Position numbers and translations under genes: made by a program. Shown here piece after piece: positions 10,286 through 17,530 of a stretch of DNA of 32,000 nt. The DNA is from Synechocystis sp. PCC 6803 substr. PCC-P. Its GTDB lineage: Bacteria > Cyanobacteriota > Cyanobacteriia > Cyanobacteriales > Microcystaceae. The stretch's first letter is position 1, and every line of letters begins with the position of its first letter. The notes below the pieces were generated by a model, which did not search any database, was not told the origin of the DNA, and saw only the letters and a list, made by a program, of their open reading frames with translations. The stretch covers positions 2,910,001 to 2,942,000 of the forward strand of contig NC_017039.1 in the NCBI RefSeq assembly GCF_000284455.1. Reading direction: 5' to 3'.

Positions 10286-10312
10286 TTACAAAAAGTAGAT
10301 AAAATTGCATGG

Positions 10313-10597
10313 TTGATATTTAATGAATACCTAAAAGGATTTGCCGAAGTCGCTACTATTCCAGAAGAAGGAACTGGGTATATTGATAAGCTTTACATAT
10401 CAAAGAGACGATATTTACAACCAGCTAAAGTTAACATCAAAATCTTAGATTCTAATTGTAGTGTTTGGCTTCCTTTTGGAAAATCGCTTGAATTTAAAAA
10501 CTATGTAGATGCAAAAGAAGAAATTAAGAAACGTTTAAATAATGCTGGTTTTTCAAGTATAAAAATTTCCTTTAAGCAGGAATCAATTATTTCTTAA
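10313..10597 (+). CDS. Small hypothetical ORF (or 3' remnant of the gene interrupted by the IS)
   Basis: TTG-start ORF MIFNEYLKGFAEVATIPEEGTGYIDKLYISKRRYLQPAKVNIKILDSNCSVWLPFGKSLEFKNYVDAKEEIKKRLN.... The frame is open back to the IS right junction. No family recognised. Confidence 0.45.
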   Translation: MIFNEYLKGFAEVATIPEEGTGYIDKLYISKRRYLQPAKVNIKILDSNCSVWLPFGKSLEFKNYVDAKEEIKKRLNNAGFSSIKISFKQESIIS

Positions 10598-10734
10598 AAA
10601 TTAGTAGAGGATTTTAGACAACCTCGGTTGATCGAACAGAAAAATATAAAAAATATCCTATTGGAGTGACAGAGAAAATCACTTTTTATCCAACACCTGT
10701 GTCGACTTATATTGATCATTGTTTCCATCCATAC

Positions 10735-11187
10735 TCAAGGCATGGCCCCAGCACCAATTAAGAGGGAAACCCGATCACCGCCCACTTCCTTCAAGCTAGA
10801 GAGAATTTCAATGGCACTTTGATAGGGAACGTCCCCTGACACCCGCAGGTAAACGTAGCGCTGGGGGGACTGTTGCAAATAGTTAGGTAACTGCTGTAGA
10901 AGTTGAGCTTTTTCCACAGGGCGATCATTTACCGAGAGTTTTCCCCCTGGGTGTAACACCACTGGGAGAAATTGCGGCTCTTCCGGGTTTTCTAATGGCG
11001 CTTCGGCGGATTGGACCTCCGTAGTTTCAGCTTCCTGGGGTAAACGAACCAGCAAAGATGCTCCCTCTTCCGCTAGGTTGGCGGCAACGGCGACAAAAAA
11101 GGCCAACACGACCAGCATCACATTGAGCATGGGGGTAATTTCTAGTTCCGGCAATTTGTCCCGGTCTTGTCGGTGTCTAAATTTCAT
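10735..11187 (-). CDS. exbD: ExbD/TolR-family biopolymer transport protein
   Basis: MKFRHRQDRDKLPELEITPMLNVMLVVLAFFVAVAANL with a single N-terminal TM and a D/N-type TM motif. C-terminal YVYLRVSGDVPYQSAIEILSSLKEVGGDRVSLLIG. Confidence 0.85.
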   Translation of the reverse strand: MKFRHRQDRDKLPELEITPMLNVMLVVLAFFVAVAANLAEEGASLLVRLPQEAETTEVQSAEAPLENPEEPQFLPVVLHPGGKLSVNDRPVEKAQLLQQLPNYLQQSPQRYVYLRVSGDVPYQSAIEILSSLKEVGGDRVSLLIGAGAMP

Positions 11188-11627
11188 AGCTCTGGGTCTG
11201 ATTTATGAACCACCAAAAGGACCCGATCGCCGCCTACTTCCACCATTTGGACTAATAAATCATCCACTTGACGATAGTTTAACTGTCCGTCCACCGTTAA
11301 CCTCACCTCACCCTGGGGATGGGTCGCTAAAAAGGTGGCGATCGCCGTTAATAATTTATCCCTTTCGACGATATTGCCTCCCAGCAAAACGTCACCCTGA
11401 CGATTTAAACCCACATCTAAACTAGGTGCCTTGACCTTTGTTTGGGGGGATGAATCCTCTTCTTTGGCAAAACCGCCTGCGCTCTCCGGTGGCTCTAGAT
11501 CGGCGATCACCCTACCAGTCAAAGACATGGTTAAAATTACAAAAAAGGTTAATACCGACATCAAGACATCAATCATCGGTACTAAATTAATCCCTGGAGT
11601 CCTTGCCCCCCTGACTCGGCTTTTCAT
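11184..11627 (-). CDS. exbD: ExbD/TolR-family biopolymer transport protein (second paralogue)
   Basis: RTPGINLVPMIDVLMSVLTFFVILTMSLTG (conserved LVPMIDV motif) and LTVDGQLNYRQVDDLLVQMVEVGGDRVLLVV. The stop overlaps the next exbD start by 4 nt. Confidence 0.9.
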   Translation of the reverse strand: MKSRVRGARTPGINLVPMIDVLMSVLTFFVILTMSLTGRVIADLEPPESAGGFAKEEDSSPQTKVKAPSLDVGLNRQGDVLLGGNIVERDKLLTAIATFLATHPQGEVRLTVDGQLNYRQVDDLLVQMVEVGGDRVLLVVHKSDPEL

Positions 11628-11630
11628 CGG

Positions 11631-12395
11631 TTATGGCTCAGCAATTCTAGCCGCCATTAATAAATTGGGCATTGGCTGATGAGGTTCGTACCAGACCTCA
11701 CGGTAAATAAGTTCTAATTCACTGCCCACTGCGGCAAAATAATCCATTTGTTGGGACTGTAAACTGACCAAAACCCTAAATACTAACAGGGCAAAAATCG
11801 CCACCATCATCCCCGCTGCCGTGGTAATCAACGCTTCTCCAATGCCCGAGGCGGCCTGGGTAGCCTCCGCACTGGAGCCTCCTCCCCCGATATTGAGATT
11901 GTTAAAAGTGCGAATTAAGCCCGTTACGGTGCCTAACAAGCCCAAGAGAGGAGCTAGGGCAATGATAGTTTCCAGGAGTTTATCCCCCCGTCGCATTCGG
12001 GCAAATTCTTTATCGGCGGTGGCTTCCATGGCCAAACGGAAAGTTTCTGGACTAGGATGGCGTAGTTTAAGGGGAGCCAGCAGAAAACGACCAATGGCTA
12101 AATGTCGAGCATGTTCAGCAATTTCCCGAGCCTTTACCAAATCCTCAACCGCCGCATCGAGCACATCCCGCACAACCTGGTCTTCTTGAATCAGTAGGCG
12201 ACTCCAAAACCAACCTCGTTCGAAGGCAGTGGTAAGGGCAAGGATGGACAGCAGTAACAAAGGAAACATCACTACCCCTCCCTTAAGAAACTCATCGAGT
12301 AGCCGCGGAGTTTGAGTCAAAAACAGGGGGGATGGGGCCATGGACAGAAAACAGGGAAATTTTCTAAATAATAATCTCTTGCAATTATCCAGCAC
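11631..12395 (-). CDS. exbB: ExbB/TolQ/MotA-family proton channel protein
   Basis: FLKGGVVMFPLLLLSILALTTAFERGWF; LLETIIALAPLLGLLGTVTGLIRTFNNLN; ATQAASGIGEALITTAAGMMVAIFALLVFR. The true start may be internal (e.g. MAPSPLF). Confidence 0.92.
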   Translation of the reverse strand: MLDNCKRLLFRKFPCFLSMAPSPLFLTQTPRLLDEFLKGGVVMFPLLLLSILALTTAFERGWFWSRLLIQEDQVVRDVLDAAVEDLVKAREIAEHARHLAIGRFLLAPLKLRHPSPETFRLAMEATADKEFARMRRGDKLLETIIALAPLLGLLGTVTGLIRTFNNLNIGGGGSSAEATQAASGIGEALITTAAGMMVAIFALLVFRVLVSLQSQQMDYFAAVGSELELIYREVWYEPHQPMPNLLMAARIAEP

Positions 12396-12442
12396 AAGTG
12401 CTTCAATAATTTATGGATTATTGCACTTTATTTGCAATAAAG
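12391..12442. promoter_or_regulatory. Cluster of inverted repeats in the divergent exbB / futA intergenic region, possible iron-responsive regulatory region
   Basis: AGCAC-AA-GTGCT (12391-12402); AATAAT-TTATGG-ATTATT (12405-12422); CTTTATT-TGC-AATAAAG (12426-12442). All lie between divergent transcription units. Confidence 0.35.
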
Positions 12443-12606
12443 TTGACTATCCGAGGTTGACCCACTCCAGATGCCCATTAAGCTATCTATCACTAGCCAA
12501 ACAAGCCCAGACATGGGGCCTAGTTCGGATTAAGGGGACTGGGTTGAGCCTGCACTATTGATTACTTTCATTTTAAATTGCCCACTATCCATTGCCCTAG
12601 ACTTCG

Positions 12607-13647
12607 ATGACAACTAAGATTTCCCGGCGGACTTTTTTTGTGGGCGGCACCGCCCTCACTGCCCTAGTGGTAGCTAATTTGCCCCGGCGGGCCTCTGCCC
12701 AGTCCCGCACGATCAACCTCTATTCTTCACGGCATTACAACACCGATGATGCCCTCTACGATGCTTTTGGCGAGGTTAACCTCATTGAGGCCAGTGCCGA
12801 AGAACTGATTGAGCGTATCCAAAGTGAAGGGGCTAATAGTCCAGGGGATATTTTATTCACCGTAGATGCCGGTATGTTATGGCGGGCGGAACAGGCGGGA
12901 CTTTTCCAACCGGTGCGCAGCGGCAAGCTGAATGAGCGCATTCCCGAAAATTTGCGCCACCCTGATGGGCTATGGTATGGCTTCACCCAGAGAGCCCGGG
13001 TGTTGTATTACAGTCGCGACCGGGTCAATCCAGCGGATCTCTCCACCTACGAAGCCCTGGCGGATCCCCAATGGCGAGGAAAAATTCTGGTGCGCCCTTC
13101 CAGTAATGTATATAACCTTTCCCTAACTGCTTCCCGCATTGCCATCCATGGAGAGCCAGAAACCCGCCGCTGGTTACAAGGCTTGGTGGGTAACTTTGCC
13201 CGGCAACCGGAGGGTAATGACACGGCACAAATTCGTGCTATTGCCGCCGGCATCGGAGATGTGGCGATCGCCAATAGCTACTACTATATCCGCCTGCAAA
13301 AGTCCACCGATCCCGCCGATCAAGAAGTGGTGGAAAAAGTCAGCCTTTTCTTTCCAAACACTGGCTCCGGAGAGCGGGGAACCCATGTCAATGTCAGTGG
13401 GGCTGGGGTGCTGAAAAATGCCCCCAATCGAGACGCGGCGATCGCCTTCCTGGAATATCTAGCCAGTGATGACGCCCAACGTTATTTTGCTGAGGGCAAC
13501 AATGAGTATCCGGTAATTCCAGGGGTACCCATTGATCCTGTGCTAGCCGCCCATGGCCAACTAAAAGGAGACCCCCTCAATGTTTCTAACTTGGGACGTT
13601 ACCAACCCGATTCAGCTCGTTTAATGAATGAAGTTGGCTGGCAGTAA
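12607..13647 (+). CDS. futA2: Ferric iron ABC transporter periplasmic binding protein, Tat-exported
   Basis: MTTKISRRTFFVGGTALTALVVANLPRRASAQ (Tat SRRTFF signal), INLYSSRHYNTDDALYDAFGE, VRPSSNVYNLSLTASRI, IANSYYYIRL (Tyr-rich Fe ligand region), GTHVNVSGAGVLKNAPNRDAAIAFLEYL. Confidence 0.92.
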   Translation: MTTKISRRTFFVGGTALTALVVANLPRRASAQSRTINLYSSRHYNTDDALYDAFGEVNLIEASAEELIERIQSEGANSPGDILFTVDAGMLWRAEQAGLFQPVRSGKLNERIPENLRHPDGLWYGFTQRARVLYYSRDRVNPADLSTYEALADPQWRGKILVRPSSNVYNLSLTASRIAIHGEPETRRWLQGLVGNFARQPEGNDTAQIRAIAAGIGDVAIANSYYYIRLQKSTDPADQEVVEKVSLFFPNTGSGERGTHVNVSGAGVLKNAPNRDAAIAFLEYLASDDAQRYFAEGNNEYPVIPGVPIDPVLAAHGQLKGDPLNVSNLGRYQPDSARLMNEVGWQ

Positions 13648-13689
13648 TGCAAAAAAAATTGGACAATTGCCGGAGTTTGGCCTCTGATT

Positions 13690-13710
13690 ATTGCATATAA
13701 ATTGCATATA
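13690..13710. repeat. 10-bp direct repeat with 11-bp period between futA2 and the TonB-like gene
   Basis: ATTGCATATA A ATTGCATATA. Confidence 0.6.
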
Positions 13711-13726
13711 GGGGTTAGAACACGAT

Positions 13727-14614
13727 ATGGTTTTGGCAGGATCAAACGCCGTTCTCAAACTTTCAGAGGTACGGTGTTTTTGTTGCCAGTCTTCTGTTTC
13801 TTCCCTTTTTTTGGATTCCATGTGGCCCCTCTCCTGGCATCAGTTAAAATTTCCCCTAGCATTTATCTGTGCTTCTACAATCCATGGAGGGTTACTCTGG
13901 TTACCCTTGCCCCCCCCAGCAGCGGAGTTGGAGCCTCTCCCCCCCCCATCAAAGGATTCTGCTTCCGAGGCGATCGCCACAGTGCCCCTCGCCGACCTAG
14001 TGACACCGGCCCCCATGGCAGAACCTCCGCCAAAGAAATCCCCCCAAGTTTTAGCGCCTCTCCCTGGGTCTCAATCTGTTCGTGAAGTAGTGCCTGATGT
14101 TATAGCGCCACCACCATCTCCTCCCCAAACCACTCCTCTACCGAAAGCCTCCCCTAAAGCAGTAAAGGCACCCCAGGGCGAACCGAATCAAAGGCAGGAC
14201 AACGAAAAAATTGAGCCTGAATCGGTTCCAGAATCCCGCTCTGACCAAGGGCAGGAGGTTGAGAATGAGATTAAAAGTATTGAACCCTCCTCCTTCCCTC
14301 AGCCTAAGAGGGAACTCATCGCTGGCATTGCCCACTTAGAAGGAGCTCAATCAGGATGCTACGGCTCAGAGGATTGTCATTTTCTGGCAGGGGCCACGGT
14401 GCGGGACGTCACCCAAGACCTCCAAGCCCGTTTGGAGGCACAAGGCTTCCGTCTGAGTGAGAGTTATCGAGATACGGGATTGCGGGTATATGAGGTTTAT
14501 CGGCAAGACAAACTACCCCAATTTCTCCACATCGTCAGTGATAATGCGGGACGGGATGCGTTTTATCTTCTCTCCCCCCAACAAAAAACCTTAGAGGAAC
14601 TTAGATCGCAATGA
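13727..14614 (+). CDS. TonB-like architecture protein: N-terminal TM anchor, long Pro-rich linker, C-terminal globular domain; family not established
   Basis: FPLAFICASTIHGGLLWLPLPPP anchor, then ~150 aa Pro/Lys/Glu-rich (LEPLPPPSKD...PLADLVTPAPMAEPPPKKSPQVLAPLP...APPPSPPQTTPLPKASPK), then LIAGIAHLEGAQSGCYGSEDCHFLAGATVRDVTQDLQARLEAQGF... C-terminal domain. Confidence 0.7.
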   Translation: MVLAGSNAVLKLSEVRCFCCQSSVSSLFLDSMWPLSWHQLKFPLAFICASTIHGGLLWLPLPPPAAELEPLPPPSKDSASEAIATVPLADLVTPAPMAEPPPKKSPQVLAPLPGSQSVREVVPDVIAPPPSPPQTTPLPKASPKAVKAPQGEPNQRQDNEKIEPESVPESRSDQGQEVENEIKSIEPSSFPQPKRELIAGIAHLEGAQSGCYGSEDCHFLAGATVRDVTQDLQARLEAQGFRLSESYRDTGLRVYEVYRQDKLPQFLHIVSDNAGRDAFYLLSPQQKTLEELRSQ

Positions 14615-15111
14615 ATAACAAAAAACTCAGCCTAACCCTGCCATTGGTAGGAATCCTAGCTCTGACGGCTTGTAATCAGCCCAAGGAAGAAATTGATCCC
14701 CTATCCCAGTTGCGGGAGAAAGGGGAATGTCTTGATTGCAATCTAGCGGGGGCAGACCTGCGGGAGTTTAATTTGGAAAATGCCCGCTTGAACCGTTCTG
14801 ATTTATCGGGGGCAAATTTATCGGGGGTGAATTTACGGCGGGCGTTGTTGGACCGGGCCAACTTGACAGGGGCAAATCTGAGTGAAACGGATTTAACCGA
14901 AGCGGCCTTAACTGAAGCCAATCTGGCCGGGGCGGATTTGAGCGGCGCTAATTTGGAACGGAGTTTTCTGCGGGATGTGGATTTAACTGGAGCTAATCTG
15001 AAAGGAGCCAACCTAGCCTGGGCCAATTTAACGGCGGCCAACTTAACCGATGTCGATTTGGAGGAGGCGGAATTTTGGGAAACAACCATGCCCGATGGTT
15101 CTCGTCGTTAA
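14611..15111 (+). CDS. Pentapeptide-repeat lipoprotein
   Basis: Lipobox LALTAC; 15+ consecutive A(D/N)LXX repeats (ADLREFNLENARLNRSDLSGANLSGVNL...). Start overlaps upstream stop (ATGA). Confidence 0.9.
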   Translation: MNNKKLSLTLPLVGILALTACNQPKEEIDPLSQLREKGECLDCNLAGADLREFNLENARLNRSDLSGANLSGVNLRRALLDRANLTGANLSETDLTEAALTEANLAGADLSGANLERSFLRDVDLTGANLKGANLAWANLTAANLTDVDLEEAEFWETTMPDGSRR

Positions 15112-17528
15112 CGGGGAACGGGACAAGTCTCTTCCCGGACAATTTCCATTAAGCGATGGAAACGCACAGGTTTAACTAATAATTCGTTGGTGGCAATTTC
15201 TAGTTGGGCAATGTTACTTTTTGTCTGTTCTGTGGCATCCACTAAGGCAATAATTGTGATGGGGCTAGAGCCGAAAAATTTACGAATTTCATCCAATTTA
15301 TCCTTCACTTCTTCCCCGGTATTGGCTAAATCCATCACCAATACATGGCAGGATTGATCACCGATTTTGACTAATTGGGTTAATTCCGCTGCGGTTGGAT
15401 AAAGACAATTTAACCATTGCATTTGGTATCCTTTAGCTCGGAAATAACTACTTAGGGTGGTGGCATAGGCAGAATTTTTACTAATTAAAGTGATGATTAT
15501 CGGAGTCGGACTGCCGTGATTAGTAACCTCCACCAGTTGCCCCCGGTGGCGCGGCCCATCTTTATCTTGAAAAACACAGGGAATGGTAATCTTAAAACGA
15601 CTGCCCTCATTGAGCTTGCTGGTCACTGTCACTGAGCCGCCATGGAGTTCAACAATTTTTTTCACTAAAGATAAGCCCAATCCAGTGCCGTCATAGCGAC
15701 GGTTAAGGGCGCTATCAATCTGCACAAACGGCTCAAAAATATTGTTTAGTCTATCCGCCTCAATGCCAATGCCAGTATCGAAAACAGTGAAACTTAACTG
15801 TGGTGGCGACTGGCTATTTTCTTTCCCCTGCTCCTTTATTAAGTCAGCCTGTACGACTACTTTTCCCCCTTCTGGGGTAAATTTAATGGCGTTATTCAGT
15901 AGGTTAATTAAAACTTGACAAAGTCGTCGCTTATCCACTAGCACATCAGGCAAATTGGGAATAATTTCAGACGACAAATTAATTTGTTTTTGGATCGCAA
16001 ATTGTTGGACAAAAGTTAAACTATGATTGACCAATGCTGACACGCTGGTGGGGTTTAAATCCAAATCCATTCTGCCCGCTTCAATTTTAGAAAGGTCAAG
16101 AATATCATTAATTAATGAAAGTAAGTGTCGGCCACTATTTTCTACTATTTCTAACGACTGGACTTGTTTACCGTTGAGGGGACCATAAACTTGGTTTTGT
16201 AGAGTCTCTATCATGCCCAAAATGGAGTTGAGGGGAGTGCGTAATTCGTGGCTCATATTGGCCAGAAATTCGTCTTTGAGTTGAGTGGCTTTGGCTAAAA
16301 TTTTGTTGGAAAGTTTTAGTTGTTCTTCTGCTTTTTTAATCTCCGTAATATCGGCGATCGTACCGATAATTTTCACAAATGCCTCCCCTTGTTCCTGATG
16401 GATTTGCCCCCGCAACAAACAATGATAAATTTCCCCATTGGCCGCTTCCAAACGGAGTTCTGTGGATAGTTCCATGGTGGGATCTTCCAAGCTTTGCTCA
16501 ATGGCCTGCCAAAACATTGGGCGATCGCCAAGGTGAATGAAAAAATCCCCATCTGCCGGTTCAAGGGGTTGCTCAAAGCCAAGCCAAGTAATCAAATTGG
16601 GGTCCACTTCAAAGTAGTGTATTTTAGGCTGACATTCCCACACCCATACCCTTGTGGCCTGGGAAGCTAATTCATAGCGTTGGGCAATTTCCACATATTT
16701 TCTTTCGGCAATTTCTAGGGCTTCTCGTTGATAAATCTGCAATTGATTGAAGGTCTGCACCAGGGTTTGGCCCAAAAAACCAATTTCATTGCTCGGTAGA
16801 GGGGGCAAATTAAACTGCTCAGTATTGTCATAGTTAATTAAGGCCCGGTGCAGTTTCCCCAAAGGGAGCAACACCGCATATCTAATTAATAACCCTAAAA
16901 GCAGGAGAATTACTACTATCCCAATAATGAACGAACCCACCACGAGCAAAAGTCCCTGGTTAACCTCTCGGTTTAATTCCTGTTTTGATAGAATGGTGAT
17001 TGCTACTCCCCGTCGGTGACTATTTTGATCACGGTAACTTTCTCCCTGCTCAGGGAAAGAGTAAGTGTTAAAGGGAAGAGCGTAAACCACCACTTCTTCT
17101 TCTTCAATTTGGGTAATTAGGGATTGGGGGATACCGCTGATGGAAACCTGTTCAAAAATAGGAAAAAGAGCTGGTGTGACTTGGGCATATTTTTCTCCCC
17201 GTACCATTTTTATTTCTCCACCATGGGCAATGAGAATGCCATTGGGATCAACGATTGAAATTGTTTGTACGTTGGGCCAAGTCGCATAGTTTTGGGCCAA
17301 ACGATTGAGGCGATAAACATCCTTGGTTTCCACCAAACCTTCCGCCGCAAACTCTAAACCTTCGGTTAATCGCTGGGCCCTTGTGATAATATTAATTCTT
17401 GATTTTTCTTGTAATTGTTGCCTGGTTAAAACTACGGCTATGGCGCTGGTGATCATCAAAATAAGGGCGCAACCAGCTAGCAACTGGTAACGGAGAGGCC
17501 GGGTAAAACGTGGTTTCTCCTGAACCAT
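15108..17528 (-). CDS. Membrane-bound hybrid sensor histidine kinase (HAMP-like, PAS, HisKA, HATPase_c, degenerate receiver); resembles Synechocystis Hik28
   Basis: N-terminal TM pair flanking a ~190 aa extracytoplasmic domain, HAMP-like region, PAS domain, MSHELRTPLNSILGMIE H-box, NLLNNAIKFTPEGG N-box, FDTGIGI and GTGLGLSLVKKIVELHGG G-boxes, C-terminal LVMDLANTGEE...ELLVKPVRF receiver-like region. Confidence 0.92.
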   Translation of the reverse strand: MVQEKPRFTRPLRYQLLAGCALILMITSAIAVVLTRQQLQEKSRINIITRAQRLTEGLEFAAEGLVETKDVYRLNRLAQNYATWPNVQTISIVDPNGILIAHGGEIKMVRGEKYAQVTPALFPIFEQVSISGIPQSLITQIEEEEVVVYALPFNTYSFPEQGESYRDQNSHRRGVAITILSKQELNREVNQGLLLVVGSFIIGIVVILLLLGLLIRYAVLLPLGKLHRALINYDNTEQFNLPPLPSNEIGFLGQTLVQTFNQLQIYQREALEIAERKYVEIAQRYELASQATRVWVWECQPKIHYFEVDPNLITWLGFEQPLEPADGDFFIHLGDRPMFWQAIEQSLEDPTMELSTELRLEAANGEIYHCLLRGQIHQEQGEAFVKIIGTIADITEIKKAEEQLKLSNKILAKATQLKDEFLANMSHELRTPLNSILGMIETLQNQVYGPLNGKQVQSLEIVENSGRHLLSLINDILDLSKIEAGRMDLDLNPTSVSALVNHSLTFVQQFAIQKQINLSSEIIPNLPDVLVDKRRLCQVLINLLNNAIKFTPEGGKVVVQADLIKEQGKENSQSPPQLSFTVFDTGIGIEADRLNNIFEPFVQIDSALNRRYDGTGLGLSLVKKIVELHGGSVTVTSKLNEGSRFKITIPCVFQDKDGPRHRGQLVEVTNHGSPTPIIITLISKNSAYATTLSSYFRAKGYQMQWLNCLYPTAAELTQLVKIGDQSCHVLVMDLANTGEEVKDKLDEIRKFFGSSPITIIALVDATEQTKSNIAQLEIATNELLVKPVRFHRLMEIVREETCPVPR

Positions 17529-17530
17529 TC

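Noticed and set aside
11821-12189. 122-aa plus-strand ORF antisense to exbB
   Set aside because: The coding signal clearly belongs to the ExbB family protein on the minus strand; Ser/Arg/Lys-rich antisense translation.
14138-15089. Minus-strand ORFs opposite the TonB-like and pentapeptide genes (65 and 137 aa)
   Set aside because: The 137-aa frame (SSKSTSVKLAAVKLAQARLAPFRLAPVKST...) is the mirror image of the pentapeptide repeat codons and not an independent protein.
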